A DNA stretch of 47,550 nt, filler included, from Circinaria calcarea (Eukaryota): the NCBI GenBank assembly GCA_051942165.1. It is 2 parts of 2 records of this genome, joined end to end, with 100 filler letters (N's around TTAATTAATTAA, not from the genome) between each part and the next. Parts side by side here need not be neighbours in the genome. Positions count along the whole stretch, not along the records: positions 1 to 23,781 come from JAVECS010000116.1; 1 more part is not named here. One strand, 5' to 3'. How positions within the stretch are numbered: position 1 is the stretch's first letter; each line of letters begins with the position of its first letter. The position numbers were made by a program, and so were the translations under genes. Positions 1-8,344 of this stretch are shown here, piece after piece. The notes beneath the pieces are model-generated. The model was not told where the DNA came from, did not search any database, and worked only from the letters and a program-made list of their open reading frames with translations.

Positions 1-141
1 ATGGACGTGATCCCGACCGGGCCCATGCAAAAGACCAGGTACATGACCGAGGTGCCGAACGTGGGGTTGACATCGACCGCTTCGCGAGGCAGCACACGAA
101 CTCCTGCCAGTACATGATCATGGTCCTGACGAACAACACGA
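1..141 (+). repeat. Terminal direct repeat, left copy (identical to 23641-23781)
   Basis: atggacgtga...gaacaacacga occurs exactly at 1-141 and 23641-23781; nt 1-117 repeat the 3' end of the ORF at 23080-23757. Confidence 0.97.
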
Positions 142-147
142 CGAAGT

Positions 148-2610
148 TCACGACTTGTTCCTGTTCCGGTTCAGCTTGATCATCTCGTTGTAGGAGAAGA
201 TGAGGCCCGCGACGCTGCCCATGTTGGCCGCCTCGAGGATGGTGCTGATGGCGCCCGTGATCCTCTCCAAAACCCACTTCTTGTCCACCCCCGAGACGCT
301 GACGCCGGCGTCGACCAGGGTGCTGGTGTAGCCCCCGTCTATCGACTTGTACTTGTAGTGGGGCTGGCAGTTGACCTTGGTCTCGGTGACCTGCATGTGC
401 ACGGGCAGCTTGTTGTCCTCGATCATCCTCATGATCTTGCCCAGGAACATGGTGATGTTCTTCTTCTTGACCTCAAACTGGAGCTGGGAGTGGATGATGT
501 CCAGGACTCTGGTCGCCACGTACTTCGCGATCGGGAGTGTGTCCCTCTTCACGGGCGTCATGCCCTTCGTCTCCGAGGTCCCGTCCCAGTTCACCACGGC
601 GTACTTCTTCCTGGTCGTGATGAGGATCGACCTGTAGTTCCCCTTGATGTCCGCCTTGACGTTCTCGAACGGGGTCCCGATCATGCTCTTGTCGATGTTC
701 TCCTTCAGCTTCCTGCCTATGTCCATGCACTCGTTCTCCGTCCTGGCGTTGATGTGGGGGAATATCGAGTCAGTGTCGCCGTAGATGACTCTGTACCCCA
801 TGCTCTCCGACACCGTGATCATGTTCCTCGTGTAGTACCTGGCCGCGCACGTGATGGCCTCCGCGCACACCCTCGAGGACAGGATGCTGTGCTTGCCCCC
901 GGTCGAGCCGTAGACGCTGACCAGCAGCAGCTTGTAGGCCTGGGCCATGGTCATGAACCTGTCGTAGTCCACGCTGCCCTTCGAGTACTTGTCCGCCTCC
1001 CTCTTCGCGTCGGTGCGCCTGTCCATGAGCATGGTGATGATCTCGCCCAAGAGCGTCTCGTCGCCCTGGAGCACCGAGATGTACGTGTGCTTGGTCCTCA
1101 TCGCTATCACATTGTTGTTCCACATCACGTCCCCGATCCGAATGTCGTTCACGCCCTCGGGCAGCTGCGCGCTCGTCTTCACCCTCAGCGACTCGATGGT
1201 GGACGCGGAGACGCACCTGTCCACAAAGATCTGTAGGTGCTTCATCAGGGAGCCGTACAGGGAGTTGCCGTCGATCATGATCACCCCCTCGTAGCAGCCA
1301 GGCACCGGGGACACGACGAAGCCGCCCTCGTACTTCCTGTCGTCGGTCACGGAGGTGTTCTTGCCCAGGTCCAAGACCATCCCCTTGGACAAGGCGTGCG
1401 ACTGCTCCAGGCAGAACATCATCACCGCGGTATTGTTGGCGATCGAGTCCCACATCGTGCCCCTGGACGCCCCCGCGAGCATGCACAAGCGCTCGCACAT
1501 GTTCATCTCCTTGCACAGCCACGCGTGCAAGTCCGAGTCCCTGGCGTTGTACTCGACGATGTTCGTGATGTTGGTCGTCTCCTTGACCGGGATCGCCATC
1601 GTGCCGCTGTCCATCTTCGGGGGTAGGTCGAACTTGGCGCCCATCTTCGCGAGGCTGAGCGAGGGCCAGTTGGTGGTCGGCTCCGAGCTGGCGGTGTACA
1701 TCGAATCGACGACCATGGTGCCGTTCTTGAGCTTCCAGAAGATGCCGACGCCGACGTTGCCCAGCCTCCTCTCCTCGATGGTGGGCCCGATGATGGGGTC
1801 CAACGCGCACGACGCCGCCAAGCACCTCAGGTCGAAGTTGAAGCCGTTGTGGATGTTCACGAAGTCGGCGTTGATGGAGTTGAGGGTCTCGTAAGCGACC
1901 CTGACGGCCTCCTCGTTGCCGGACACCTTGATGACCGAGACGTTGCGCTCGTCCGGCCACTTGATCTCGTCGCATACCCCGAAGGCGTAGATGCAGTAGC
2001 ACTTGTCCTCGAACCGCTTGTCGTACCAGCCCCCGTTGCTGATGACTATGCTGATGATGGGGTCGTGCGGGAGTGGCATCCCTCCTCCGCGTCTGATGGT
2101 GGTCACCTCGATGTCCAAACCGACGATCGACAACTTGGGCACCACTGTGGGGATGGTCGCCCCCAGGCACCTGGGCGCGTACGGGCCGTAGCCCGACATC
2201 GACGCGGCCCTCAGCTTCATCAACGGGTTCCTCATCCCGGTGATGATCTCGTTCGTGGTCCCAGGCTCGTCGGCGTCCAAGTTGGGGATGATCTCCCTGC
2301 CCACGGCTATCGGCAGATCCGTGACCATGACCACCCTCGCGCTGTTCTTCCCGAGCCTGATCGAGACGTCGGTGACGGTGCTGTTCCACACCATGCTCAT
2401 GTTCTTGTCCTCGATCCAGGTCGTCATGATGCTCCAGCCCATGTCCATGAGCGCGTCCAGCTGCTCAATCGAGGCCTTGCTCCTGACCACGAAGATGTGC
2501 AGGTCGCTGATGGGGTACGTCTCCGTCTCCAGCGATTCGGGCCTGAAGATGGTGCTGATCTCGACCGAGGCCTCATTCATGTTCACGTAGCCGATGATGT
2601 ACGTCAACAT
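148..2610 (-). CDS. polB: Family B DNA polymerase with 3'-5' exonuclease domain, RNA/DNA-primed type, 820 aa
   Basis: ExoI VGLDIEV, ExoII HNGFNFDL, ExoIII YNARDS; motif A DGNSLYGS, motif B KLLLVSVYG, motif C YGDTDS, then KKYA. Confidence 0.95.
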   Translation of the reverse strand: MLTYIIGYVNMNEASVEISTIFRPESLETETYPISDLHIFVVRSKASIEQLDALMDMGWSIMTTWIEDKNMSMVWNSTVTDVSIRLGKNSARVVMVTDLPIAVGREIIPNLDADEPGTTNEIITGMRNPLMKLRAASMSGYGPYAPRCLGATIPTVVPKLSIVGLDIEVTTIRRGGGMPLPHDPIISIVISNGGWYDKRFEDKCYCIYAFGVCDEIKWPDERNVSVIKVSGNEEAVRVAYETLNSINADFVNIHNGFNFDLRCLAASCALDPIIGPTIEERRLGNVGVGIFWKLKNGTMVVDSMYTASSEPTTNWPSLSLAKMGAKFDLPPKMDSGTMAIPVKETTNITNIVEYNARDSDLHAWLCKEMNMCERLCMLAGASRGTMWDSIANNTAVMMFCLEQSHALSKGMVLDLGKNTSVTDDRKYEGGFVVSPVPGCYEGVIMIDGNSLYGSLMKHLQIFVDRCVSASTIESLRVKTSAQLPEGVNDIRIGDVMWNNNVIAMRTKHTYISVLQGDETLLGEIITMLMDRRTDAKREADKYSKGSVDYDRFMTMAQAYKLLLVSVYGSTGGKHSILSSRVCAEAITCAARYYTRNMITVSESMGYRVIYGDTDSIFPHINARTENECMDIGRKLKENIDKSMIGTPFENVKADIKGNYRSILITTRKKYAVVNWDGTSETKGMTPVKRDTLPIAKYVATRVLDIIHSQLQFEVKKKNITMFLGKIMRMIEDNKLPVHMQVTETKVNCQPHYKYKSIDGGYTSTLVDAGVSVSGVDKKWVLERITGAISTILEAANMGSVAGLIFSYNEMIKLNRNRNKS

Positions 2611-2823
2611 CTACTCGTGCAGGTACGCAACCATGTTCAGATTCCCATCACGTGCGGCCTGATCCATCTGAACGTGATCTCGGAGTAGAGCCGTGGTCCA
2701 GAACGACGACAGCGGGCAGACGATGTTGATGGACATGTTGCGGTTTGCATGCACGAGCGCGTTGGTGACGCTCATCATGTTGGTGTTCGTGGGTGCATTC
2801 CCAACAAGTTCGTCGAGCACTTC

Positions 2824-4347
2824 ATGACCATGAACGACTTCATCGACTCCGAGACGGTGGTGTCCGCCAACGGCGACAGGGACGAGACCGCCAACTTCGA
2901 CGTGCAGAGGCACGGGGGCAACGAGTGGTTCTTCGACGACTTCCCGTGCGCGGGGCCGGCCGCCATGGAGCTCTCGCAGCAGGACAGGGACATAGTCGAG
3001 TGGGCGATCCGGCGGAGGTCCGTGGTGGTGAGGGACATCACGTACTACGTCTACTGCAGGAACATGGCGTCGTGGTGGCAGATGGAGTCGCCCACCGCCT
3101 CGCAGGAGCTCTCGGACGTCGCCAACATCAACGCCCCGGTCAACTACGCGGCCGCGCTCAGGAGGTTCTACCCGCTCCTGACCAGGGTGGCGTTCCCGGT
3201 CGGGCCCATCACCAGGAGCTTCTGCATAGGCACGTACAGGCTCACCTTCGAGGTCAGGTACCAGGACGGGGGCCCGACCGTGATCTACAAGCCCCACAAG
3301 ACCGTCATCAGTAACCCGGACAGGGGCGACGAGCACAGGAGGACCTACATGTTCGTGACGTCGCCGATCATCATGCCGTTCCCGTTCCCGTGTCCGATGA
3401 GGACAGTGGTGGACCTCGAGAGTACCACCATCAACTCGATCCTCTTGCCGTTGAGGGACGACCAGAAGCTCGACTTCATGTGGAGGATCGGGAACGCCAT
3501 CATAGACCCGGTCAGGAACCCGACCGTCATCATCTTCTACGGCCCCAGCGGCGAGGAGGGCAAGAGCGCCTTGGGGCTCAACATCAGCAGGGTGCTCGGC
3601 ACCGGGGCCAGGTGGACGGTCACGGACCTCATCGGGAAGGCGGCCAAGTGGCCGGACGACGACATGGTCATGAAGCTGGCCGAGAAGAGGCTGATCATCT
3701 GCGACGAGTGCGGCATCGAGGACGACATGAACTACAACAACATCAAGAGGTGGACGTCCAACGCCCCGGTGCAGACCGACAGCGCCTCCGCATTCCTCTC
3801 CCAGACCATCATCGGGATCAGCAACAAGTTGGGGTTCTCGCAGAAGGGGGCGCTGACCAACAGCATCGGGAGGAGGCTCATCATATACAAGATGGACAAG
3901 GAGCTGGGGAAGTTGAAGGCGCTCGAGGACGGATTGGTGACGAGCCAGGTGAGGATCCAGTTCATGGGCCTGTGCAAGTCGATCGCGGCCACGTACGAGA
4001 GGGCGCCCGTGTCCCTGGAGATAGCCCTGTACAGCGCCTTCAGGAGGAGCGTGAACTTCGTCACAGCCGGGTTGACGATCGACCCCAGGGCCACGGCCAG
4101 GCAGTGCAGGTACGCCACGGCCGTGATGGCCATCAAGACGGGGGTGCCGATCAAGCGCCTGGTCGCGTGCTTCTCGGCGAGGTCGAACAGGTTGGTGTGC
4201 GAGCCCAGGATAGGCATCCCGTTCATAGTCGGCATGAGGGCCATGGAGCCGAAGCTGACGCCGCAGGGGAGGGAGTACGTGGCGAAGAACTGGCGCAAGG
4301 ACCACCTCGACCTCGACACGTTGGTCATGACCTCGAGGATCATCTAG
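2824..4347 (+). CDS. Superfamily 3 (D5-like) helicase; start uncertain (ATG at 2749, 2824 or 2830)
   Basis: Walker A IIFYGPSGEEGKS, Walker B RLIICDE and motif C TIIGISN in SF3 order and spacing. Confidence 0.8.
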   Translation: MTMNDFIDSETVVSANGDRDETANFDVQRHGGNEWFFDDFPCAGPAAMELSQQDRDIVEWAIRRRSVVVRDITYYVYCRNMASWWQMESPTASQELSDVANINAPVNYAAALRRFYPLLTRVAFPVGPITRSFCIGTYRLTFEVRYQDGGPTVIYKPHKTVISNPDRGDEHRRTYMFVTSPIIMPFPFPCPMRTVVDLESTTINSILLPLRDDQKLDFMWRIGNAIIDPVRNPTVIIFYGPSGEEGKSALGLNISRVLGTGARWTVTDLIGKAAKWPDDDMVMKLAEKRLIICDECGIEDDMNYNNIKRWTSNAPVQTDSASAFLSQTIIGISNKLGFSQKGALTNSIGRRLIIYKMDKELGKLKALEDGLVTSQVRIQFMGLCKSIAATYERAPVSLEIALYSAFRRSVNFVTAGLTIDPRATARQCRYATAVMAIKTGVPIKRLVACFSARSNRLVCEPRIGIPFIVGMRAMEPKLTPQGREYVAKNWRKDHLDLDTLVMTSRII

Positions 4348-4474
4348 TACGAAAACGTCATCACGTTCGTCTGGCGATCAGATGCACGAATATGTCCGGG
4401 TTGATGATTATGATGATGACAGATGAGTACGATGTAGGAGAGGTACCGGTGACCAGTACACGATCAGCAACTTG

Positions 4475-4510
4475 AACAAGTACAAGAACAAGTACAAGAA
4501 CAGATACAGG
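4475..4510 (+). repeat. 12-bp tandem repeat AACAAGTACAAG x2 plus one degenerate copy
   Basis: aacaagtacaag aacaagtacaag aacagatacagg, ending 9 nt before the ATG at 4520. Confidence 0.8.
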
Positions 4511-4519
4511 ATCATCGAC

Positions 4520-5839
4520 ATGAACGACGCGACGACCAGCAGCGAGTCCCCCGCCAGGGGCGTCCTCTCGAACAGGGTGATGGGCTCGTCCGGCGCCGGG
4601 ATGGCGAACACGAACGACGACACAAGCACGACCACGAGCGCGACCGCGATCGCGGACAAGACGCCGGACAAGAAGTCGAAGATGGACAAGTTGAGGGAGA
4701 AGGCCAACAAGGCGCAGACGAACGCGATCATCAGCCAGGCCGAGAGGCTGAGCCTCTTCGACTCCACCAAGGCGAGCGAGTGGGAGACGACCGGCACGGC
4801 CTCGCAGAGGGCCATGAACGTCGTCGAGGGCGGCTACATGGTCTCGGGCAGGAACATCGGCGCGGAGCAGAAGGAGCCCAAGTGGGACACCAAGCAGTTG
4901 CAGGCGATCAGGACCCTGTCGATGACCAAGCTCAACATCATGCCGGTGACCGACACCAGGAGGAGCGTCATGGACCCGGAGATGGAGTTCGTCGGGAAGG
5001 ACCAGAACGGGTCGATCGTGCCCACGGAGAAGGCGTACGTGTCGTCCCTGGACCCCAGCCAGTACTGCATCGGCACCGGGCCCGAGAAGTACGACGTCAC
5101 CGGGTCCCCGAGGTACTACTCCGACGTGGTCGTGGCCGACATCAACGGGCAGTGGCTGATCAACCAGTGGACCTCGGAGATGGTCGTGATCGAGGGCGTG
5201 GCCCAGAACGTCCTCATGCAGACGAACAGGACCGGCAACCAGAGCGGGCGCAGGATCGGCTACCACTTCGCGCGCGTGGGGCTGCCCAAGATGGCGTTCG
5301 GGCCGCTGTTCTACACCATGAGCACGCAGTTCCCCGGGGTCATGGCCCAGATCGCGGAGACGGAGGGGTACTACTGGACGAACGCGTCGTGGGGCGTGTC
5401 CTCGTTCCAGGGCACCTTCGCCTACATGAGCGAGAATGGGATCCAGAGGACCACCAACCTCGTGGACGTGATGCGGATGCTGAACGGGAAGTCGTCTCTC
5501 GCCCTGGCGACACTCGCCATCTCGATCACGTGCCCGGCCAAGATGGTGGACGGGAAGCCGGTGGCGGACAGGAGCGCGTTCGGGCTCAGCATCAAGTTGC
5601 ACAACGCCTTCGGGTACGAGGTCGTGGACTACCACGGGCCGCCGCAGCAGGGCTCGACCGGGATGATGGTCCCGAGCAGGATCGCGGGTATGGCCAAGAT
5701 GATGAACGGGAGCTCGGTGATGAAGTCGACCATGGGCGGTGGCTCGAGCATCTTCGCATCCGCCAACAAGGGGCTGTTCGGGACCGCCGGCGCGGGCGCC
5801 TCCTCGATCAAGTCCGACGACAACATCAGCTACATGTAG
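4520..5839 (+). CDS. Hypothetical protein, about 439 aa; possible OB-fold ssDNA-binding protein
   Basis: Long ORF with the element's codon bias; first ATG at 4520 (the track starts at TTG 4472). The segment ALATLAISITCP...AFGLSIKLHNAFGYEV loosely recalls terminal strands of viral SSBs. Function is inference. Confidence 0.7.
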   Translation: MNDATTSSESPARGVLSNRVMGSSGAGMANTNDDTSTTTSATAIADKTPDKKSKMDKLREKANKAQTNAIISQAERLSLFDSTKASEWETTGTASQRAMNVVEGGYMVSGRNIGAEQKEPKWDTKQLQAIRTLSMTKLNIMPVTDTRRSVMDPEMEFVGKDQNGSIVPTEKAYVSSLDPSQYCIGTGPEKYDVTGSPRYYSDVVVADINGQWLINQWTSEMVVIEGVAQNVLMQTNRTGNQSGRRIGYHFARVGLPKMAFGPLFYTMSTQFPGVMAQIAETEGYYWTNASWGVSSFQGTFAYMSENGIQRTTNLVDVMRMLNGKSSLALATLAISITCPAKMVDGKPVADRSAFGLSIKLHNAFGYEVVDYHGPPQQGSTGMMVPSRIAGMAKMMNGSSVMKSTMGGGSSIFASANKGLFGTAGAGASSIKSDDNISYM

Positions 5840-6045
5840 ACGCGCGGGTACAAGATCGGGTGCATGTACATAGCCATGGCCAAAATCACGAACACGAACC
5901 AGCTGAGGTACATGTTGGTGTTCCCGTACAGAACGCGATCGTGTACATAAACGCGGACGTGTGCACATGCCCGATGCAGTGGTCGCTGGAGCTGAAGTGG
6001 CGCTCGAAAACGTACATGGATGCGAACCAGCATCAGCACATCTCG

Positions 6046-8151
6046 ATGGCCTGGAACGTGGGCAGGACCGTCTCCGGCATCCCGCCCAGGGTCAGGGACA
6101 TAGCCGACTCCTCGGTAGTGACCACGGTCTCGAACAACATGAGGTACGCGTGCCTGGAGGCGACCATGGAGATGGTGAGGAACTTGGAGATGATGTCGTT
6201 CGGGGAGAGGTACGACGCGGCCGTCAGGGGCCTGATGACGATCTCCTACGGTGTCCCGATCAAGGTGATGTGCGTGGGCCTGTACCCGTACGAGCAGAAC
6301 ATCCTCCCCACGATCGCCACCGCGCTGGCCTACTCGCCCATGAAGTGCATCGGGTGCACGCCCAGCATCCAGATCCTCTCGCAGGGCATGGCCATGGTTG
6401 CGTCAACGATGAAGACGAGGAGGCAGACCAGGAACATGGACGGGCTCATGTCCGAGAACAGCAACGAGGGCGTGTTGACGTCCAGGTTCGCTATGATGCT
6501 CAGGTGCTCGTACTTGTGCTCGGCCGTGGGCGTGGCGTTCACCAACTGCGTGCCGGTGCCCGTGGACAACATGGCGAAGAGGGTCAGGTGCGCGTCGCTG
6601 TTCTCGGAGTGGCTCGGGAGGATCATCGAGATCCACTACTCGTTCGGGTTCAAGATGACCGTCATGGCCATGGGCGCGTTCGCGGCCGACACCGTGCGCA
6701 ACACCTTCAGCTCGTTCAAGGGCTCCAACACGAAGGTGAGGTACATCGGGGTCACCAACCCGGCAGCCATCGCGTACATGAACATAGCGAAGTACCCCGG
6801 CGTCCACCCGATCCCCAACCAGGTGACGGAGATGGAGACGCACATCGACACCATCGCGGGGCTGAACACACTCCCGGACCAGTTCATAACCTACGACTGG
6901 AAGATCTACCCGAAGGCGATCCTGGGCCAGTTCCTGAAGGAGGACACGATCGGGATCCTCACAAGAGCCCTTGTCGACCATACAGCCGAAGATCTTCGCA
7001 TCCCGTTCACGATCATGGCCAGGAACCTGTTCAGCAACATGGGCGCGAGCTCCATCCCGTCCGGCTTCAGCCCCGGGGCCGCCCCCGGCGACACGGGCGG
7101 GGGCTCGAACCAGGGCGTGGGCATGAACAGCAGCGTGAACAAGGGGCCGAGCGGGCCCATCTTCGCGCAACAGGCACATCAGCAGCAGCAGCAACAGGGT
7201 GCTGGTCAGGTACCCGGAGGTGGAGGTGGAGGTGGCCACTTCAACCCCGCGGCCCCGTTCACGGTCGGGCGCAACTCCATGATCGCGCAGATGCAGGACT
7301 CCTCGGGCAAGTCCAAGTCCCAGCAGGTGATAATCATTGAGAACATGATCGCGAAGCTGAACGACATCCTGGAGAGCTTCAGGACGAGGAGTGTCAAGCT
7401 CGAGAAGATGGACGAGAAGATGGACATGATCATCGACAGGCACTCCATCGACGACGACGACTTGAACGAGGTCATAGCCGTGTACAAGGAGAGGTTCACG
7501 AGCGAGATCGAGGCCCTGGAGGAGGCCACCGCCGTGGTCGCGGCCATGCCCGCCGTCATCGAGGGCGACACCGGCGTCATCGAGAACGAGATCCAGCCCG
7601 CGGCGCCGTTGATGCGCAGGTACGACGGCTCGACCATCCGCGACGTCGTGTGGGAGCAGGTGCTCAACGACAGGGAGTCGGGTGTGACCCAGAGCAGGAA
7701 CCCGCCCACGAACATGGGCATCTTCTCGAGCACCAACGCGGTCCAGGACATGGCCAGTAACGCCAACAGGGGCAGGCCCGGGGTCGTGAACCAGAACACG
7801 AGCGCCATCGCCATGGAGGCCATGAACATGCTCAGGGAGAGGGCCAAGACCTCGTTCCTGACCGCGATCCAGGACTACGACTCGGATGCCATGATCGACG
7901 CGGTGTCCGAGACGCTGTACGAAGAAGACGGAGACGACGTTGACATGATGAGCGTCATGATCGGGGCGCTGACCGCGTACATGCAGCAGACCGGCAACGA
8001 CGGCCCGACCGAGGAGTCCTTGAGGGCGATGATCGAGATGATGGAGCCGCCCACGCACGAGAACATGGTCGAGGTAGCCAGGCTGATCAGGACCACGACG
8101 ATGGACCCCAACGCCATCGTGGAGTTTTTCGACAACGACATCGTGGAGTAG
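6046..8151 (+). CDS. Uracil-DNA glycosylase-like N-terminal domain (catalytic residues substituted) fused to a Gln/Gly linker, coiled coil and acidic C-terminus, about 700 aa; alternative ATG at 6016
   Basis: IKVMCVGLYPY (cf. family-1 UNG VKVVILGQDPY), ALAYS, GVAFTN (cf. GVLLLN), VMAMGAFA (cf. FLLWG), VTNPAA (cf. HPSP). The part of track ORF 4780-8151 upstream of about 6016 is an out-of-frame shadow of the preceding gene. Confidence 0.7.
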   Translation: MAWNVGRTVSGIPPRVRDIADSSVVTTVSNNMRYACLEATMEMVRNLEMMSFGERYDAAVRGLMTISYGVPIKVMCVGLYPYEQNILPTIATALAYSPMKCIGCTPSIQILSQGMAMVASTMKTRRQTRNMDGLMSENSNEGVLTSRFAMMLRCSYLCSAVGVAFTNCVPVPVDNMAKRVRCASLFSEWLGRIIEIHYSFGFKMTVMAMGAFAADTVRNTFSSFKGSNTKVRYIGVTNPAAIAYMNIAKYPGVHPIPNQVTEMETHIDTIAGLNTLPDQFITYDWKIYPKAILGQFLKEDTIGILTRALVDHTAEDLRIPFTIMARNLFSNMGASSIPSGFSPGAAPGDTGGGSNQGVGMNSSVNKGPSGPIFAQQAHQQQQQQGAGQVPGGGGGGGHFNPAAPFTVGRNSMIAQMQDSSGKSKSQQVIIIENMIAKLNDILESFRTRSVKLEKMDEKMDMIIDRHSIDDDDLNEVIAVYKERFTSEIEALEEATAVVAAMPAVIEGDTGVIENEIQPAAPLMRRYDGSTIRDVVWEQVLNDRESGVTQSRNPPTNMGIFSSTNAVQDMASNANRGRPGVVNQNTSAIAMEAMNMLRERAKTSFLTAIQDYDSDAMIDAVSETLYEEDGDDVDMMSVMIGALTAYMQQTGNDGPTEESLRAMIEMMEPPTHENMVEVARLIRTTTMDPNAIVEFFDNDIVE

Positions 8152-8344
8152 ATGTCGAGCACGTTCGGGGGGACGACCAGGGAGGTGTAAGCCAAGGTGT
8201 AGACGATGGTGTACATGTCCGACACGTCAGGCGCGACTGCATCATGGCCACGAACAAAAACATCACGATGTACACGATGCTGATCATCATCGGGCTCATG
8301 TACAGGTAGCGCGTCATGATGACGTAGACGAAGATGCACACGGT

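Noticed and set aside
1..141. Terminal repeat as an LTR or transposon end
   Set aside because: It lies within a coding sequence, has no TG...CA ends or target-site duplication, and its length equals a common assembler k-mer.
8087..8341. Small minus-strand ORF with a hydrophobic stretch after the DEDDh gene
   Set aside because: GTG start, overlap with the UDG-like gene's end and no other support; cannot be fully excluded.
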